The notes beneath the pieces were generated by a model, which was not told the DNA's origin, made no database searches, and was given only the letters and a program-made list of their open reading frames with translations. A DNA stretch of 58,985 bases, counting the filler, from Sanchytrium tribonematis (Eukaryota), in NCBI GenBank assembly GCA_018985235.1. It is 5 parts of 5 records of this genome, joined end to end, with 100 filler letters (N's around TTAATTAATTAA, not from the genome) between each part and the next. Parts side by side here need not be neighbours in the genome. Positions count along the whole stretch, not along the records: positions 35,489 to 47,188 come from JADGIG010000252.1; positions 47,289 to 58,985 come from JADGIG010000253.1; 3 more parts are not named here. One strand, 5' to 3'. Positions within the stretch are counted from its first letter, which is position 1. Each line of letters begins with the position of its first letter. Both the position numbers and the translations under genes were made by a program. This document shows, piece after piece, positions 44,289 to 55,947 of the stretch.

Positions 44289-45497
44289 ATGTCACAAATT
44301 TTACTTGTTGCAATTTCAATTACTACCTTTTACTTAATTTACATTAGAATTAATGAAGAGTATATGGATGAACCTTTTCACATCCCTCAAGCTCAAAGAT
44401 ACTGCAAATATGACTTCACATGGGATCCGAAAATAACGACACCGCCAGGGCTGTACTATATTAGTTTTATGCTGAACCCTTTAATAGGCTGTTCTTTCCC
44501 AGCCCTTAGATTGACGAATTTGGGCCTTTCCTTTTTAAAGTTTTATGTGCTTGGCTTATTGTCAAACGATCCATTGTGGTTGTATTTTATGCCGATTAGT
44601 TTCTTGTATAACCATTTGTATTATACCGATAACTTATCGGAATTACTTCTTCTTTTAAGTTTTTATGGGGTCAAAAGAGGATCGAAGCCTGAGATATATG
44701 TATTTGGATTTCTTTCAATATTTGTGCGTCAAACAAATTTTGTATTATATATATGGCTAGTCTTTTGGGGAATCTATGAGAGGAACAAATACCTTAATCC
44801 GCTTCTTAATATTCCATTATACCAGCTTAATTTGAAAAAGTCTTTCCAGATTATAGTCATGTTTGTACATGTAGTATTCACAAAATCATTAGTGGACATT
44901 AGTTTAGTATGCCTCTCCATAAGTTATTTAGGCTATCTTGTATCAAAGTTTGGAATCGTGCAAGGTGACAAGGAAAATCATCAATTATCCTTTCATTTCG
45001 CACAAATGCTCTATTTTGGTTGCACCTTAGTAGGTGTTTTTGCAATATTTGACTTGAATATTTTCACTAAAATTCGTATAAAAAGGTTTCTCGCACTTTG
45101 GGTGATTATTTTCTTTATTGTGAAATTTTTCACAATTCATCATATTTTCCTGCTGAGTGACAATCGACACTTAACATTTTATTTTTGGAAAGCTTTCTAC
45201 TCCAACTTGACAATATTTCATGAAATTACGTACGCAATGGTTTATACAATTGTTTGGTATATTATATTGACATACTTGTCTAATTTCCCATTAATACCCG
45301 TACTAGGCTATATAGTTTCACTGCTTTTAATCCTAGTACCGTCGCCATTATTTGAAATTCGGTATTATATTTTTCATTTAACTGTATTTGGAATAGTATT
45401 TCACAAATTCGATAAAAAATCCAAAGCTATGACCATCATCCTTAACACTTTTGTATTAGGACTATTCATATTTCATCCAAACCACATCATGTGGTAA
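44289..45497 (+). CDS. ALG10: Dol-P-Glc alpha-1,2-glucosyltransferase (Die2)
   Basis: YMDEPFHIPQAQRYC, WDPKITTPPGLY, RQTN, GDKENH, DNRH, PSPLFEIRY. Confidence 0.95.
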   Translation: MSQILLVAISITTFYLIYIRINEEYMDEPFHIPQAQRYCKYDFTWDPKITTPPGLYYISFMLNPLIGCSFPALRLTNLGLSFLKFYVLGLLSNDPLWLYFMPISFLYNHLYYTDNLSELLLLLSFYGVKRGSKPEIYVFGFLSIFVRQTNFVLYIWLVFWGIYERNKYLNPLLNIPLYQLNLKKSFQIIVMFVHVVFTKSLVDISLVCLSISYLGYLVSKFGIVQGDKENHQLSFHFAQMLYFGCTLVGVFAIFDLNIFTKIRIKRFLALWVIIFFIVKFFTIHHIFLLSDNRHLTFYFWKAFYSNLTIFHEITYAMVYTIVWYIILTYLSNFPLIPVLGYIVSLLLILVPSPLFEIRYYIFHLTVFGIVFHKFDKKSKAMTIILNTFVLGLFIFHPNHIMW

Positions 45498-45530
45498 TGT
45501 AAATAAGGTAAAACAAATCAAATAAATTTA

Positions 45531-46766
45531 ATGTCAGAAGAAGCATATCTTTTGGTTTTTCAAAATGCTCCCCAAAATTTACCATTAAATAAACTATTGA
45601 ACTACCCATTAGAATTGCCTGAAAAGTTACAAATTGAAATTTTGATAAAGGCAGTTTGTGAAAATCATGCAGAGTATATTGTAAATGCTTGTTTTTTGGA
45701 AATGCTGCAATTTATGTTTAGCGAGAACAAAAGAATGGCTTATTTGTACAATCTCGCAACCAGATTAAATTCAGCTCATTCAATTGGAATAATTAATCAA
45801 CATATTGAAAGACATAGCCTCGGCCAATATTTTAAATTAAGTATTCAAAAATACGAGTTCCTAATTCCCGAATATCCATTCGAACCAAAGAAAAAAGAGC
45901 AAGTTTTAATCAATTTGTATCCGATATGGTCTCAGATAAGGGAGCAGGATGTTGTGCATTTGAAAAAAGGGATTTCAACAGTCGATGCGGACGATTTAAA
46001 CGACAGCACAGATGTTTTAAACAGCGAATATGAAGGTTCCTTCAAAATGACCTACTCGACTGCTACTTTGACCATTCAGAAAGGCACAGTGACGGAAATT
46101 AGTTTAAAATCTATTCAAGCTTACACTTGGCAAGAGATGGAGAATCCATCAGTAAAAATTAAAAGAAAGCCGGTTCCTCGAGCAAGTCTTAGCGCTTATG
46201 AAGACGACTCTGTTGACGTAGGAGACACTGTATTTTCAAAATGTAAGTCACTTTGCCTTCTAGTGGATCGTAAAATGATTAATTTTTTCCCCATTTTACC
46301 TTCTGAAATTCCACGAATTGACAAAATTTTACAGACTCTCATAGAAAAAAAATCGTTTGAGCACAACTCATTTCTCTCCTTAATTTTATATGACAAATTG
46401 ACCGAAATTAAAAGAGCATTAGGTGTGAAAGCCAATTTGGCAAATGATAACTCAAAAATCCTCGTAAATCAAAAACAAATTATTCAATGCCTTCATTCAC
46501 TTCTAAAAGATCAAGCAGCCCAGCCTCAATATTTGTTACTTCTCGTTGAGTTGAGTTGCAGATCAGAAATTCAAGTTTTAAGGGAAACAATCAATGTTCT
46601 GAAACAATACTGGACTATAACCTACACTGAGCAAAGACAACTGAATGTATTGAGTTGCCTAGCGAGAATATTATCTGCACTAGCGCAATCGTCTAGATAT
46701 AATGTGGAACTTGTCAAGGACTGGCTCATACATATGGAAGATACAATTTCGCCTTACCAACAGTAA
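45531..46766 (+). CDS. Hypothetical protein
   Basis: 411-aa ATG ORF; no motif recognised. Confidence 0.7.
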   Translation: MSEEAYLLVFQNAPQNLPLNKLLNYPLELPEKLQIEILIKAVCENHAEYIVNACFLEMLQFMFSENKRMAYLYNLATRLNSAHSIGIINQHIERHSLGQYFKLSIQKYEFLIPEYPFEPKKKEQVLINLYPIWSQIREQDVVHLKKGISTVDADDLNDSTDVLNSEYEGSFKMTYSTATLTIQKGTVTEISLKSIQAYTWQEMENPSVKIKRKPVPRASLSAYEDDSVDVGDTVFSKCKSLCLLVDRKMINFFPILPSEIPRIDKILQTLIEKKSFEHNSFLSLILYDKLTEIKRALGVKANLANDNSKILVNQKQIIQCLHSLLKDQAAQPQYLLLLVELSCRSEIQVLRETINVLKQYWTITYTEQRQLNVLSCLARILSALAQSSRYNVELVKDWLIHMEDTISPYQQ

Positions 46767-46956
46767 TATTCGCTAAATTAGCCCAGATGCTTTAAAAATT
46801 GTCGTTTATTTGCTCAAAACGGTGCACAACATAGAAACAAATCCATTGATTTCACGAACTCGCATCAACGAGCGAGAATTCGATAGTTACGACATGATGA
46901 AATCTTATCAAAATAGTACTTGGAATTTTTAAAATAAAACTTTTTTCAAACAAAAC

Positions 46957-47188
46957 ATGTCCAAAGAATCTATATTTTGGCACACTCAACCAGTAACAGA
47001 CGAACCAAAAGCGGAAGGTGAATTGCAATCAAAGAAAATGCCAGATCCAAATCCACTTGAATTGAAAGAAGGTCTACAATGGGCCACAATGGATTTATCC
47101 CAAGATACAAATATGAACCTAGTTTATCAATTGTTAGTAGATAATTATGTGAGCGATGTAAAAGACGATAGTCCAGAATCTTTTCGCT
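46957..47188 (+). CDS. NMT1: Glycylpeptide N-myristoyltransferase, 5' part (truncated by contig end)
   Basis: FWHTQPV...EGLQW...VYQLLVDNYV.D...FR. Confidence 0.85.
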
Positions 47189-47288
47189 NNNNNNNNNNNN
47201 NNNNNNNNNNNNNNNNNNNNNNNNNNNNNNNNTTAATTAATTAANNNNNNNNNNNNNNNNNNNNNNNNNNNNNNNNNNNNNNNNNNNN
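47189..47288. other. Artificial contig linker
   Basis: N44-TTAATTAATTAA-N44. Confidence 0.98.
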
Positions 47289-47637
47289 CGAGGGGTTGAG
47301 TGGTGATGAAATTGTTTTCAATAGTGGCCATGACCAATCATCTTCTTAGTTAAATTGACTAGGCGTCTTTTCTAGATATACTTGGGATTCATTTAATACT
47401 GTCGCTGATCAAATAATCATTTGAAAGTGTTTAATGTTGCAAATCTGAATTTATTTTTGGAACAACGCCGCAAATGGGAATTACACAAGACACACTCTCA
47501 TAATCAGGCTTCCACTTTTGAACCAAGGATTCCATTGATAATCGAAACCTGCTTAATATAAATTGGTAATAAATAGAATATCTTAAACATTGAAAGTGAG
47601 AGCATCTCAAAAATAAAAATTTCTTCGACATCAAACT

Positions 47638-48799
47638 ATGGAGGAAATAAATTGGGAAGATTTGAATATCCAAGTTTGCGGAGGAAAATATTTGGCAGAC
47701 ATTCAGCAAACCTTGCAGCAATTGACCAATTATTCTAGGTTTCCTGGAGCTCAACCAGTTTCTTTGGAGAAAGAGCATTTGAAAGTTTTGCAAAATGAAA
47801 AATATTTTGTTTGTGAAAAGACAGACGGTGTCAGGTTACTATTATACACAAGATTTAATAAGTTGTTAAAACGAAATGAGTCGATGTTTATAGATAGAAA
47901 AATGCAAGCCTATTATATTCCAGATCTAAAATTGTATTCGCATGATATGAAAGAATCTGTTGACACAATTCTTGACGGGGAGCTTGTAGTAGATAGAATT
48001 CCTTTTGAGCAGTATTACAAGAGGAAAAATAGAAAAGTTCCGAAGCTAGAAAATCCCCCAAAATTTAAAGTCATATACAGATGTCTTTTGTTCGATTGCA
48101 TTTACTTAAATGGTGAATTTATGGACAAAAGGCCATTTGATATCCGACTTGGTAAATTGAATGGTATTTTGAAAGCCTTTCATAAAGCAAGACAGGCATT
48201 CGGAAGCAATGTACTTTTTACCCTTGAACTGAAAGCAATGATTGAATGCTACAGGCTCAGAGAGCCTCTAGAGCACCAGAATCGTGAAAATTCGTCTGAC
48301 ACTGAGGGCAAACTCAAGCATGAAAGTGATGGTTTAATTTTTACTAAATGGAAAAACGGATTGGCTTTTGGAACTGACCATAATATGTAATTCGAATTGA
48401 TCTAGTTTGAAATGGAAACCGCCGCATTTGAACTCAGTAGATTTTAAAATTAAAGTTAAAAAGCACACGGATATCATGACCGATCAAGAAAAGATCGACT
48501 TTGTACTTCAAATATTAATCAAATCCAAGGAATATCAAGAAGTAGGTGTTTTACGCTTTGATGACTTTGACTTGCAAACGGGCTTTGAAGCGGACTGTGA
48601 AAGTCTTGAAGGAAAGATTGTTGAATGTAAGTTAGATGGCAGTCATTGGATGTACATGAGATTCAGAGATGATAAGGATGAGCCAAATCACATTTCCACG
48701 TACGAAAAGGTTTTAAAGAGCATTGAAGACAACATAACCTCAGAGGTGCTTCTATCCTTGACAGAAACAATCAAATCGAATTGGAAAACTATGTCTTGA
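47638..48799 (+). CDS. CEG1: mRNA capping guanylyltransferase, 2 exons: 47638-48386, 48406-48799
   Basis: FPGAQPVS, CEKTDGVR, LDGELV, DGLIF; spliced junction gives ILKWKP; RFRDDKDEPN. Confidence 0.95.
48387..48405 (+). other. 19-nt spliceosomal intron
   Basis: gtaattcgaattgatctag. Confidence 0.9.
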
Positions 48800-49760
48800 T
48801 TTGTACGATAGCAATAATTATTTATGCAGTTGTTAACTGCTTTCTTCCTTGGCCAATGTTTTATGTAAATTTTTTGGACATATTGTATATTTTCAAGCAT
48901 TTTTGACACGAGTGAGGTTTAATGTAAATTATTTCATGGTTGATAAAAATTCCAGAATCAATCTCATTGTGTTTTGCAATCCATTTCTCGTAATGTATAC
49001 GATAATCCAATTTCATCCGAAAAAAGACCACACATTTGACACTTTTGGAATATATTTTCCAAATAATAATGCATTATTAAAGCGAGTCCATGTCCACTTT
49101 AAAAAAAATTACAATTCTATGAAGAGAGAAAAATTTAAATTTGTCACAGTAAATCAATATTATATAGTGGAGGTATATCAGAAGAATGTGCTTTTCTGCT
49201 TGGTGTAGATTAAATTCGTTTTTCTTCGTTATCAATCCTTCCAGAATCGATGACCAGAAACAGTAATTTTGCCTAACTTTTGGCCTTAATTTCTGATTCT
49301 TTATTTGGCAGGCCCATTGGGTGTGCAAATCTTCCCATGAAACCTTTCTGTTTTAAACGCATTTTTGCCTCTAAGTTTCAACTTGTCATAGATATTAATC
49401 GACATCATTTATTTGAAACAGTGTTAATTTAAAATTAGTGGATTCTTTAAAAACAATTCTTGTTTGATGGCTATAAAAATTGTTAATAGAAAAGAGAATG
49501 GAAAACATCCCTGCGCTTAATTTGCTTGAATCGAGACTTGATCGGTCGTGTCCCATCATTTTTCTTTGAAGCAATTTCAATTTGGTCAGTTGTAGCCGTG
49601 ACACATTGTAGAATCAAGTAGAACGTGGTTGCTTTTTGAATTATGATATTCAATCTTTGGTAGGTCATTAAAAATCAAGGTGTCGTAATGTTCTGTTTTA
49701 TATTGATGAAGTCCCAAATTAAGGCCAAAAATTTGAATGCAGGGATAAAACAAATTTAAA

Positions 49761-50498
49761 ATGGGTCAATCGAGCAGTTCGCAATATCCATCGTCTAATA
49801 GATCCCACAACGGTTCTCACTATTCATCATCTAATCGACAGCAACAGAATCCGCAGAATTCATCAATACCACCGCCACTTCCTCGTCGAGATAGTTCTTC
49901 TTTCTTGTTTTTAACACCAGAAGGAAAGCCAACACAACACCTTTCAGAATTTTGCAATGCAATTTATGTCTACATTCAAGGAGCAAATCCCTCAACGACA
50001 TTTAATTTGCAAAAATGGATTTATTTTGTTCAATTGTGTTCACCAAATAATACACCTCCTGCAGTCGACGAAAGCTGGTGGTATAAATGGTGTCAATGTC
50101 ATTCCATAGAGATTGAATTTACACCTATGATGTCATTAACCAAGGTTGGATTCACTCAATCTTTGGCTGTGGATATTGCCTGCGATCCAAATGGAATGTA
50201 TGCCTTTTTGGATACGTTATTGAAGCGGGTGCCACTACAGCGAAGCAATGGGCTAACATGGTCTTTATCTCGACAAATGTTTCCAACTTATCCGATTCAG
50301 CATATTGTCCAACAGAATAATCAGGTACATAATCTTGAGACTGCCGCACAGCAAATTGATCACATGCAAGCAAATGTGCTATTAGAAAAGGCTCGACAAA
50401 CAGCAGAGATTACAAGAATGATCAACCAAATAGATGTTAGCATTGCTTGTATTTATTGTCACGGATATGGATGTTATCATTGTAATTTCAAAGGATAA
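49761..50498 (+). CDS. Hypothetical protein; possible N-myristoylation and C-terminal Cys cluster
   Basis: Starts MGQSSS; Ser/Gln/Pro-rich N-terminus; ends CIYCHGYGCYHC. Confidence 0.75.
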   Translation: MGQSSSSQYPSSNRSHNGSHYSSSNRQQQNPQNSSIPPPLPRRDSSSFLFLTPEGKPTQHLSEFCNAIYVYIQGANPSTTFNLQKWIYFVQLCSPNNTPPAVDESWWYKWCQCHSIEIEFTPMMSLTKVGFTQSLAVDIACDPNGMYAFLDTLLKRVPLQRSNGLTWSLSRQMFPTYPIQHIVQQNNQVHNLETAAQQIDHMQANVLLEKARQTAEITRMINQIDVSIACIYCHGYGCYHCNFKG

Positions 50499-50603
50499 TA
50501 TACAGAATTACAAATGGTAGAAATAAAGATGAATATCAAAAAACATTGTAGTATGTGTGCAGCAACATTTTTTTTGGATTTTCATAAATTTTGTTCATAA
50601 AAT

Positions 50604-51561
50604 TTACTTCAATTTTGCTTGAAGTATTTCTTGCAATTTGATAGCATCTGCTGCAAACTTACGGATTCCCTCTGCTAATTTTTCGTTGGCCATCGGATCT
50701 TCATTTATCATCCAGCGAAAAGTTTTTTCGTCCAAATTCACTTTCGCAACCTTTTCTGCTTCCATGGCCTTTTTAGGGGAGAGTCTTACTACTAAATCAC
50801 CATTTTCCTTGCTCAATTCGTCTAGTAATTTAGGACTAATTGTCAAAAAATCACAACTACATTAATAATAGATACCCAGCAAGATTTTTAATCTGATCCA
50901 CATTTCTAAATGAAGCTCCCATGACAATAGTTTTAACTCCGTGCTGCTTGAAATAAGTGTAAATCTGAGATACACTAACTACCCCAGGGTCATTAAGTCC
51001 AGTTATATCCTGTTTAGTATTGGTTTTGTACCAGTCGAAAATTCGACCAACAAATGGTGAAATAAGGGTCACACCAACATCAGCACAGCCAATGGCTTGT
51101 GCGATACTGAAAATGAGTGTCAAATTACAATGAATTCCTTGTTTTTCCAATGCTTTTGCTGCCTGAATACCTTCCCATGTAGCTGCAATTTTAATCAGAA
51201 TTCGATCTTTTGAAATTCCTTGCTCCTCGTATAATTTAATAAGATATTGGGCTTTCAAAATTGTTGCTTGTGTGTCAAAGCTTAATCTAGCATCCACTTC
51301 AGTGCTGACTCTACCAGGGATAATCTTTAGGATTTCAACACCAAATAAAACAATTAAATGGTCCATGATTTCTGTCACATTCTTACTTGTCTTGACAGCC
51401 TTTTCTACAATGTGAGAATAAGCTGGCAATTGCGATGCACTAAGAATCAAAGAGGGATTCGTGGTGGCATCTTGAGGCTTGAATTCTTTAAATGATTCAA
51501 AATCTCCAGTGTCTGCTACAATAGTAGTAACTTTCTTCAGTTGTTCTAAAATAGATGTCAT
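50604..51561 (-). CDS. TAL1: Transaldolase, 2 exons
   Basis: [49 protein letters not shown]; spliced junction gives [11 protein letters not shown]. Confidence 0.97.
50857..50875 (-). other. 19-nt spliceosomal intron
   Basis: gtatctattattaatgtag; restores GCDFLTISP. Confidence 0.92.
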
Positions 51562-51580
51562 CCTTTGTATCAAAAAATAA

Positions 51581-52485
51581 GTGATTAGTTTATTGAAAAA
51601 GGTAGGTATTGTACCTTAATGCAGTAATAAAAAGCAGAGAGGAAGTATAGTTCCAGAATACTGTCAAGGTAGATGAGGTTGAGCAGAAAATTAGTTACTT
51701 AGAGACAAACAGAAATCAGAGTGATAAGAAAATTAGTGAGTTGGAGTCAAATTATAATTAGAAAATTAGTGACTTAGAGACAAACAGAAAGCAGAGTGAT
51801 AAGAAAATTAGTGAGTTGGAGTCAAACTATAATTAGAAAATTAGTGACTTAGAGACAAACAGAAAGCAGAGTGATAAGAAAATAACTGAGTTGGAGTCAA
51901 ACTATAATCAGAAAATTAGTGAGATAGAGTCAAGCATTAGTGAGCTAGAGTCTAGCAAAAAGGAGAGTGACAAATTAGCGAGTTAAAGACAAAATGAATA
52001 CAATCATAAGTATTCTAAATTGCCGTCAAGTTATAACATTCTTCAATCAAATTTTTATGGAACAGCTAAGAAATCAATTGGGAATTACAGAAAAACAGTC
52101 CAAGAGTTTTGGATTATATGGTTTAAATGATATTAATGGTTTTGTTGATAATACATATACAAAAGATTGGAAGAAACAAATGACAATTGGCGCTCACCTT
52201 ATAAGTCAGCTTCTAGAACATTTAAAGAAGATTTAGATAAAGCATACAGAGCAGTGGCCACAAAATTTAGGTTTTTCTGAAACGAGTTCTGCTCTGGTGA
52301 AGCTTTCGACTGATTCGAAAAAGCCAATGAATTTGTTCATGAATCTGATAAAATATACGATCCCACTGATACAAGAGAAAAAGTCCTTATGAAATATAAT
52401 CGAAGTTATAGGAATTAAGGGAATAACGAAAATTCTCATTTTAATGTGCAGGCAATCAAATTTGTACAAGAAATATTTTCAATAA
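51581..52485 (+). pseudogene. Decayed coiled-coil repeat gene
   Basis: Frame interrupted by several TAG codons and a frameshift near 51980; retains a 19-nt intron-like element at 51606-51624. Confidence 0.55.
51685..51930 (+). repeat. 75-bp tandem repeat, about 3.3 copies
   Basis: Units start at 51685, 51760, 51835 and 51910; each encodes (Q/*)KISDLETNRKQSDKKISELESNYN. Confidence 0.95.
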
Positions 52486-52739
52486 AAAAAATATAATCTA
52501 GTATTTATTCGGTTTGTGATAAACCTCAAATTTCAAATTTTACGAACAGATTCAGCATCATCTGGCAAAATATTGGAGTATTATTTAATTACAGGTTGTT
52601 TACAGAGCAAGATACAAATTTTTGTGTTACGAATTTAAGATTATGAATAAGTATGAGGAGCGTAAATTCGATAATAGTAATTATTGATCAAGAGTAAATC
52701 TACTACGAGCCCAAGCACGGATGAAGATCAAATAATAGA

Positions 52740-53240
52740 CTAACCGCCAATTTGGATAATCCATTGCTTGACTTCATCAATATTAGAGCCGTTTCTTGCG
52801 CTTGTAGAAAGGAATGCATCGCCAGAATAATCAAGCAGTTCTCGCAATCTAATTTCATCTAACCCATTCTCAAGATCGCATTTACTAGAGACCAACAGAG
52901 TCGGAATAGCTAGTGACTTAAGAATATTTAATTCGTGCTTTGCCGACTCAAACTTGCTAAAATCTTGGCAATCGACAACAAAAATAATTCCATCTGCATC
53001 ATGACAATATTTATGCCATATTTCCCTAAACCTCGGTTGACCACCTAAATCTGCTATTCTAATCTTTGTATGCTTATCATTGATGGATTTAAATTCGACT
53101 GCAATTGTGGGGGTTGTTGGTAATAATGGCAATCCACCAAGCGCTTGAACCAATGTACTTTTCCCACTATATTGAATTCCCACAATTGCAATATTAATGT
53201 TTTTCGTATAAATATAATCATTAATATGTTTTTTAATCAT
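52740..53240 (-). CDS. Arf-like small GTPase (Arl8-like)
   Basis: GIQYSGKST, DLGGQPRFREIW..YC, IIFVVD, SKCDL; start uncertain. Confidence 0.82.
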   Translation of the reverse strand: MIKKHINDYIYTKNINIAIVGIQYSGKSTLVQALGGLPLLPTTPTIAVEFKSINDKHTKIRIADLGGQPRFREIWHKYCHDADGIIFVVDCQDFSKFESAKHELNILKSLAIPTLLVSSKCDLENGLDEIRLRELLDYSGDAFLSTSARNGSNIDEVKQWIIQIGG

Positions 53241-53345
53241 TTCAAGGCATTTTAAACAAAACATAGTTTCACCTTTTGAAAATGTTTGCAAGGAGTGCAA
53301 AGTTTGATGACAAAGCAGCGATTTCCAATCTTGTCTTATAATCAT

Positions 53346-55373
53346 TTATTTCCAATCAGATTCTAATATTTGACACACAAATGAGAATTTATCAGTCCAT
53401 TCTTGAATTGTTTTTGTGATGCTTTTTCCAGCTCCATGACCTGATTTTATTTCTGTTCTCAAATAAATTTTATCAGTCATGGTCAATTGTTGAGCAACAA
53501 ATTTATATGAATGATGTGGCACTACCCTATCATCATGATCACTAGTACAGCACAACAAATAGGGCAAATTCTGAATCGCATTGTGATATGGTGAATAACT
53601 CTTTAAATAATTTCTCATTTCCTTATCATTTGGATCATCTGGATTTCCGTAATCAGAAATCCAAGCATGTCCAATGGTATAAGTATGATATTTAAGCATA
53701 TCCAACACACCCACATCGCTTAAAACACAATCAAATGTTTTTGGAGATATTTGTGCAGTGGCTGCAGTCAATAAACCGCCATTACTGCCACCATGTGAAA
53801 ACAATTTGACATTGAACCGAGATTTTAAAAATTCCGCACCCTCTATAAAATCTAAAAATCCGCGTTTCTTATTTTTCAAAGTGCCACCAAGATGCCAATT
53901 TTGTCCAAACTCGCCTCCACCTCTACCATTAATAATAGCATACACGCCATTGCAGTGATGCACATATGCAAATCCAATGGTACTAAAATACGGCTCTAAA
54001 CTAATATTAAAACCACCATAGCCATAACAATAAATTGGACCCAAATTACCTGATTTCGGCTTTGTGATAAATATAGGAACTTTCACGCCATCACTCGCCG
54101 TAAACCAAATCTGATTACTTTCTAAATTATCAAATGTGTGTGGAAACTTGACTTGACGAAGGCTTTTAAATTTAAATTGGTCCGCCAAATCCGCTTGAAA
54201 TAATTCACCCGGAGTTTTAAATCCCTTGACCAATATTTGAATCAAAGGCTGTTCAAAATTATAAGTAAATCCGGCAATGCTAACAGGTGTATTTTGGATA
54301 AATTGGAGATGATGTAAGAATTTACAATCTAAATCGTAAATACACATTTGACCTTGAACATCTACCATAAATTCAACAACAAGATAATTATAGCATACAA
54401 ATGCAGATTGCATTACAGCATATCCAGAGGTATGATAGTCTTTTATCAAGACTTTAAAAGATTTGGAATTCAAATCATAGCTCACAAGTTGGTAATTTGG
54501 ACAATTATCATTTGTTTTTAACCATAAAATATTTTCAACATAGTATACAGGACTGTATTCTGCAGTCCAATGATCAATAATCTTTTCAATTTTAGGAGAA
54601 GGTAAATCATTTGATTTGAATCTAAATAACAAATTCATTGGATCGCAGTCTTTACTGACATAAATATAAACATAAACTCCGTCATGACTGACTGAAGTGG
54701 AAAACATAAATGTTGGATTCTTTTCATCCTTATAAATTACAGCATCTGTTTCAATATTTGTATCCCATAAATGGTATTTTAATTGTGGGTTTGTGGTACT
54801 ATCAAGTTCAGTGCCAAGATCTGCAGTTGATGGGGGCGGATATTGCTGATAAAATATCCCCTTTTCATCGTGAGTCCACGTTAATCCTGTAAATTTGCAA
54901 TACGGAATTGATTCCGAGAAATGCTCCAAAGTTTTTAAATTCATACAATACACACTAGTCCAGTCACTACCTGAAACTGATTTAGCGTATGCTATATATT
55001 TGCCATTCTTAGAAATGGAATATTGATGTAAACTGACTGTTCCATCAGTGCTCCATTGATTAGGATCTAAAATAGTTTCCACAGCCTTGGACGCACGATC
55101 TTCCCTCACTAAAATAGATTGATTCATTAGCCCTGAATTGTAAGTATAATAATAATAATCACCAACTAATTTGTAAGCAGAAAATCTTTCGTAATTAAAA
55201 AGTGTTGTTAAGTCTTTTTGAATTTTGTCATTTCTATTTAAAAACTGTCCAAATCTATTATTTTGTTGATCGATGAACTCATTTGTCCTATCACTAGCAA
55301 TTTGGAGATAGTGAAAAGGATCTTCTTTCTCGTCTTGTAAATTGCTCATGTTTCCAACTTCTCCTACTGCCAT
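53346..55373 (-). CDS. Prolyl oligopeptidase (S9A)
   Basis: LDPN, YGYGGFNIS, RGGGEFG, GGSNGG (Ser), DDRVVP (Asp), GHGAG (His). Confidence 0.95.
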   Translation of the reverse strand: MAVGEVGNMSNLQDEKEDPFHYLQIASDRTNEFIDQQNNRFGQFLNRNDKIQKDLTTLFNYERFSAYKLVGDYYYYTYNSGLMNQSILVREDRASKAVETILDPNQWSTDGTVSLHQYSISKNGKYIAYAKSVSGSDWTSVYCMNLKTLEHFSESIPYCKFTGLTWTHDEKGIFYQQYPPPSTADLGTELDSTTNPQLKYHLWDTNIETDAVIYKDEKNPTFMFSTSVSHDGVYVYIYVSKDCDPMNLLFRFKSNDLPSPKIEKIIDHWTAEYSPVYYVENILWLKTNDNCPNYQLVSYDLNSKSFKVLIKDYHTSGYAVMQSAFVCYNYLVVEFMVDVQGQMCIYDLDCKFLHHLQFIQNTPVSIAGFTYNFEQPLIQILVKGFKTPGELFQADLADQFKFKSLRQVKFPHTFDNLESNQIWFTASDGVKVPIFITKPKSGNLGPIYCYGYGGFNISLEPYFSTIGFAYVHHCNGVYAIINGRGGGEFGQNWHLGGTLKNKKRGFLDFIEGAEFLKSRFNVKLFSHGGSNGGLLTAATAQISPKTFDCVLSDVGVLDMLKYHTYTIGHAWISDYGNPDDPNDKEMRNYLKSYSPYHNAIQNLPYLLCCTSDHDDRVVPHHSYKFVAQQLTMTDKIYLRTEIKSGHGAGKSITKTIQEWTDKFSFVCQILESDWK

Positions 55374-55947
55374 ATTTTCCGGGCGATGCCAAAAATTCCT
55401 GACGATCAAAAGTGAAAACTAATCTTGAAAATCAATCATATTAATGCGTAAGGCTCTGGTGTGATATATGATTGAGCTCAAGTAGAAGCTCGTATCGCAA
55501 CTGAATTTTCCATCAAACAATTTTACAAAGTGATAAATTTAGCCTTATATTATGTTTATCCTCCAATAGATCCTTGAACCATATAATGGTTGCTTTTTAT
55601 CTTAAATTGAAGATTTTCTTATCGAAAAAAGTCTACGGTAATTGACTTTTACAGCCAATCAAAATGATCAAATCCGATCCTAGCAATCACTTATATGAAT
55701 TCTGCTTCCAATATCTCCACATATTACTTCTACATCAATCTGGACTTAGCAATCATTGTAGCACCCATAAACTTAATCAATCGGGCGAATCTTATCTAAT
55801 ATTGATTCTACTCCAATATTTTAAATGCTTATATGAAGAAATGGCAAATCTGAAGATATATTATCGCTGCTTCCAAAAGACTCTATACACTTTATTGAAT
55901 CTGCTTCCAATCGTAAAAACATATAAGGGAGCTTCTATATCGATTGT

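Noticed and set aside
11744..47288. Repeated TTAATTAATTAA palindromes between N runs
   Set aside because: Identical 100-bp six-frame-stop linkers joining size-sorted contigs (11743, 11723, 11722, 11700, 11697 bp). They are artefacts, and adjacency across them is meaningless.
48849..49668. Several short ORFs between CEG1 and the gene at 49761
   Set aside because: Mostly non-ATG starts, no motifs, low-complexity AT-rich sequence.
51685..51930. CRISPR-like array, or TAG=Gln genetic code suggested by CAG/TAG alternation
   Set aside because: The units are contiguous with no unique spacers. Conserved long genes show no internal TAR codons, and TAG/TAA terminate normal genes (e.g. 30491, 52740).
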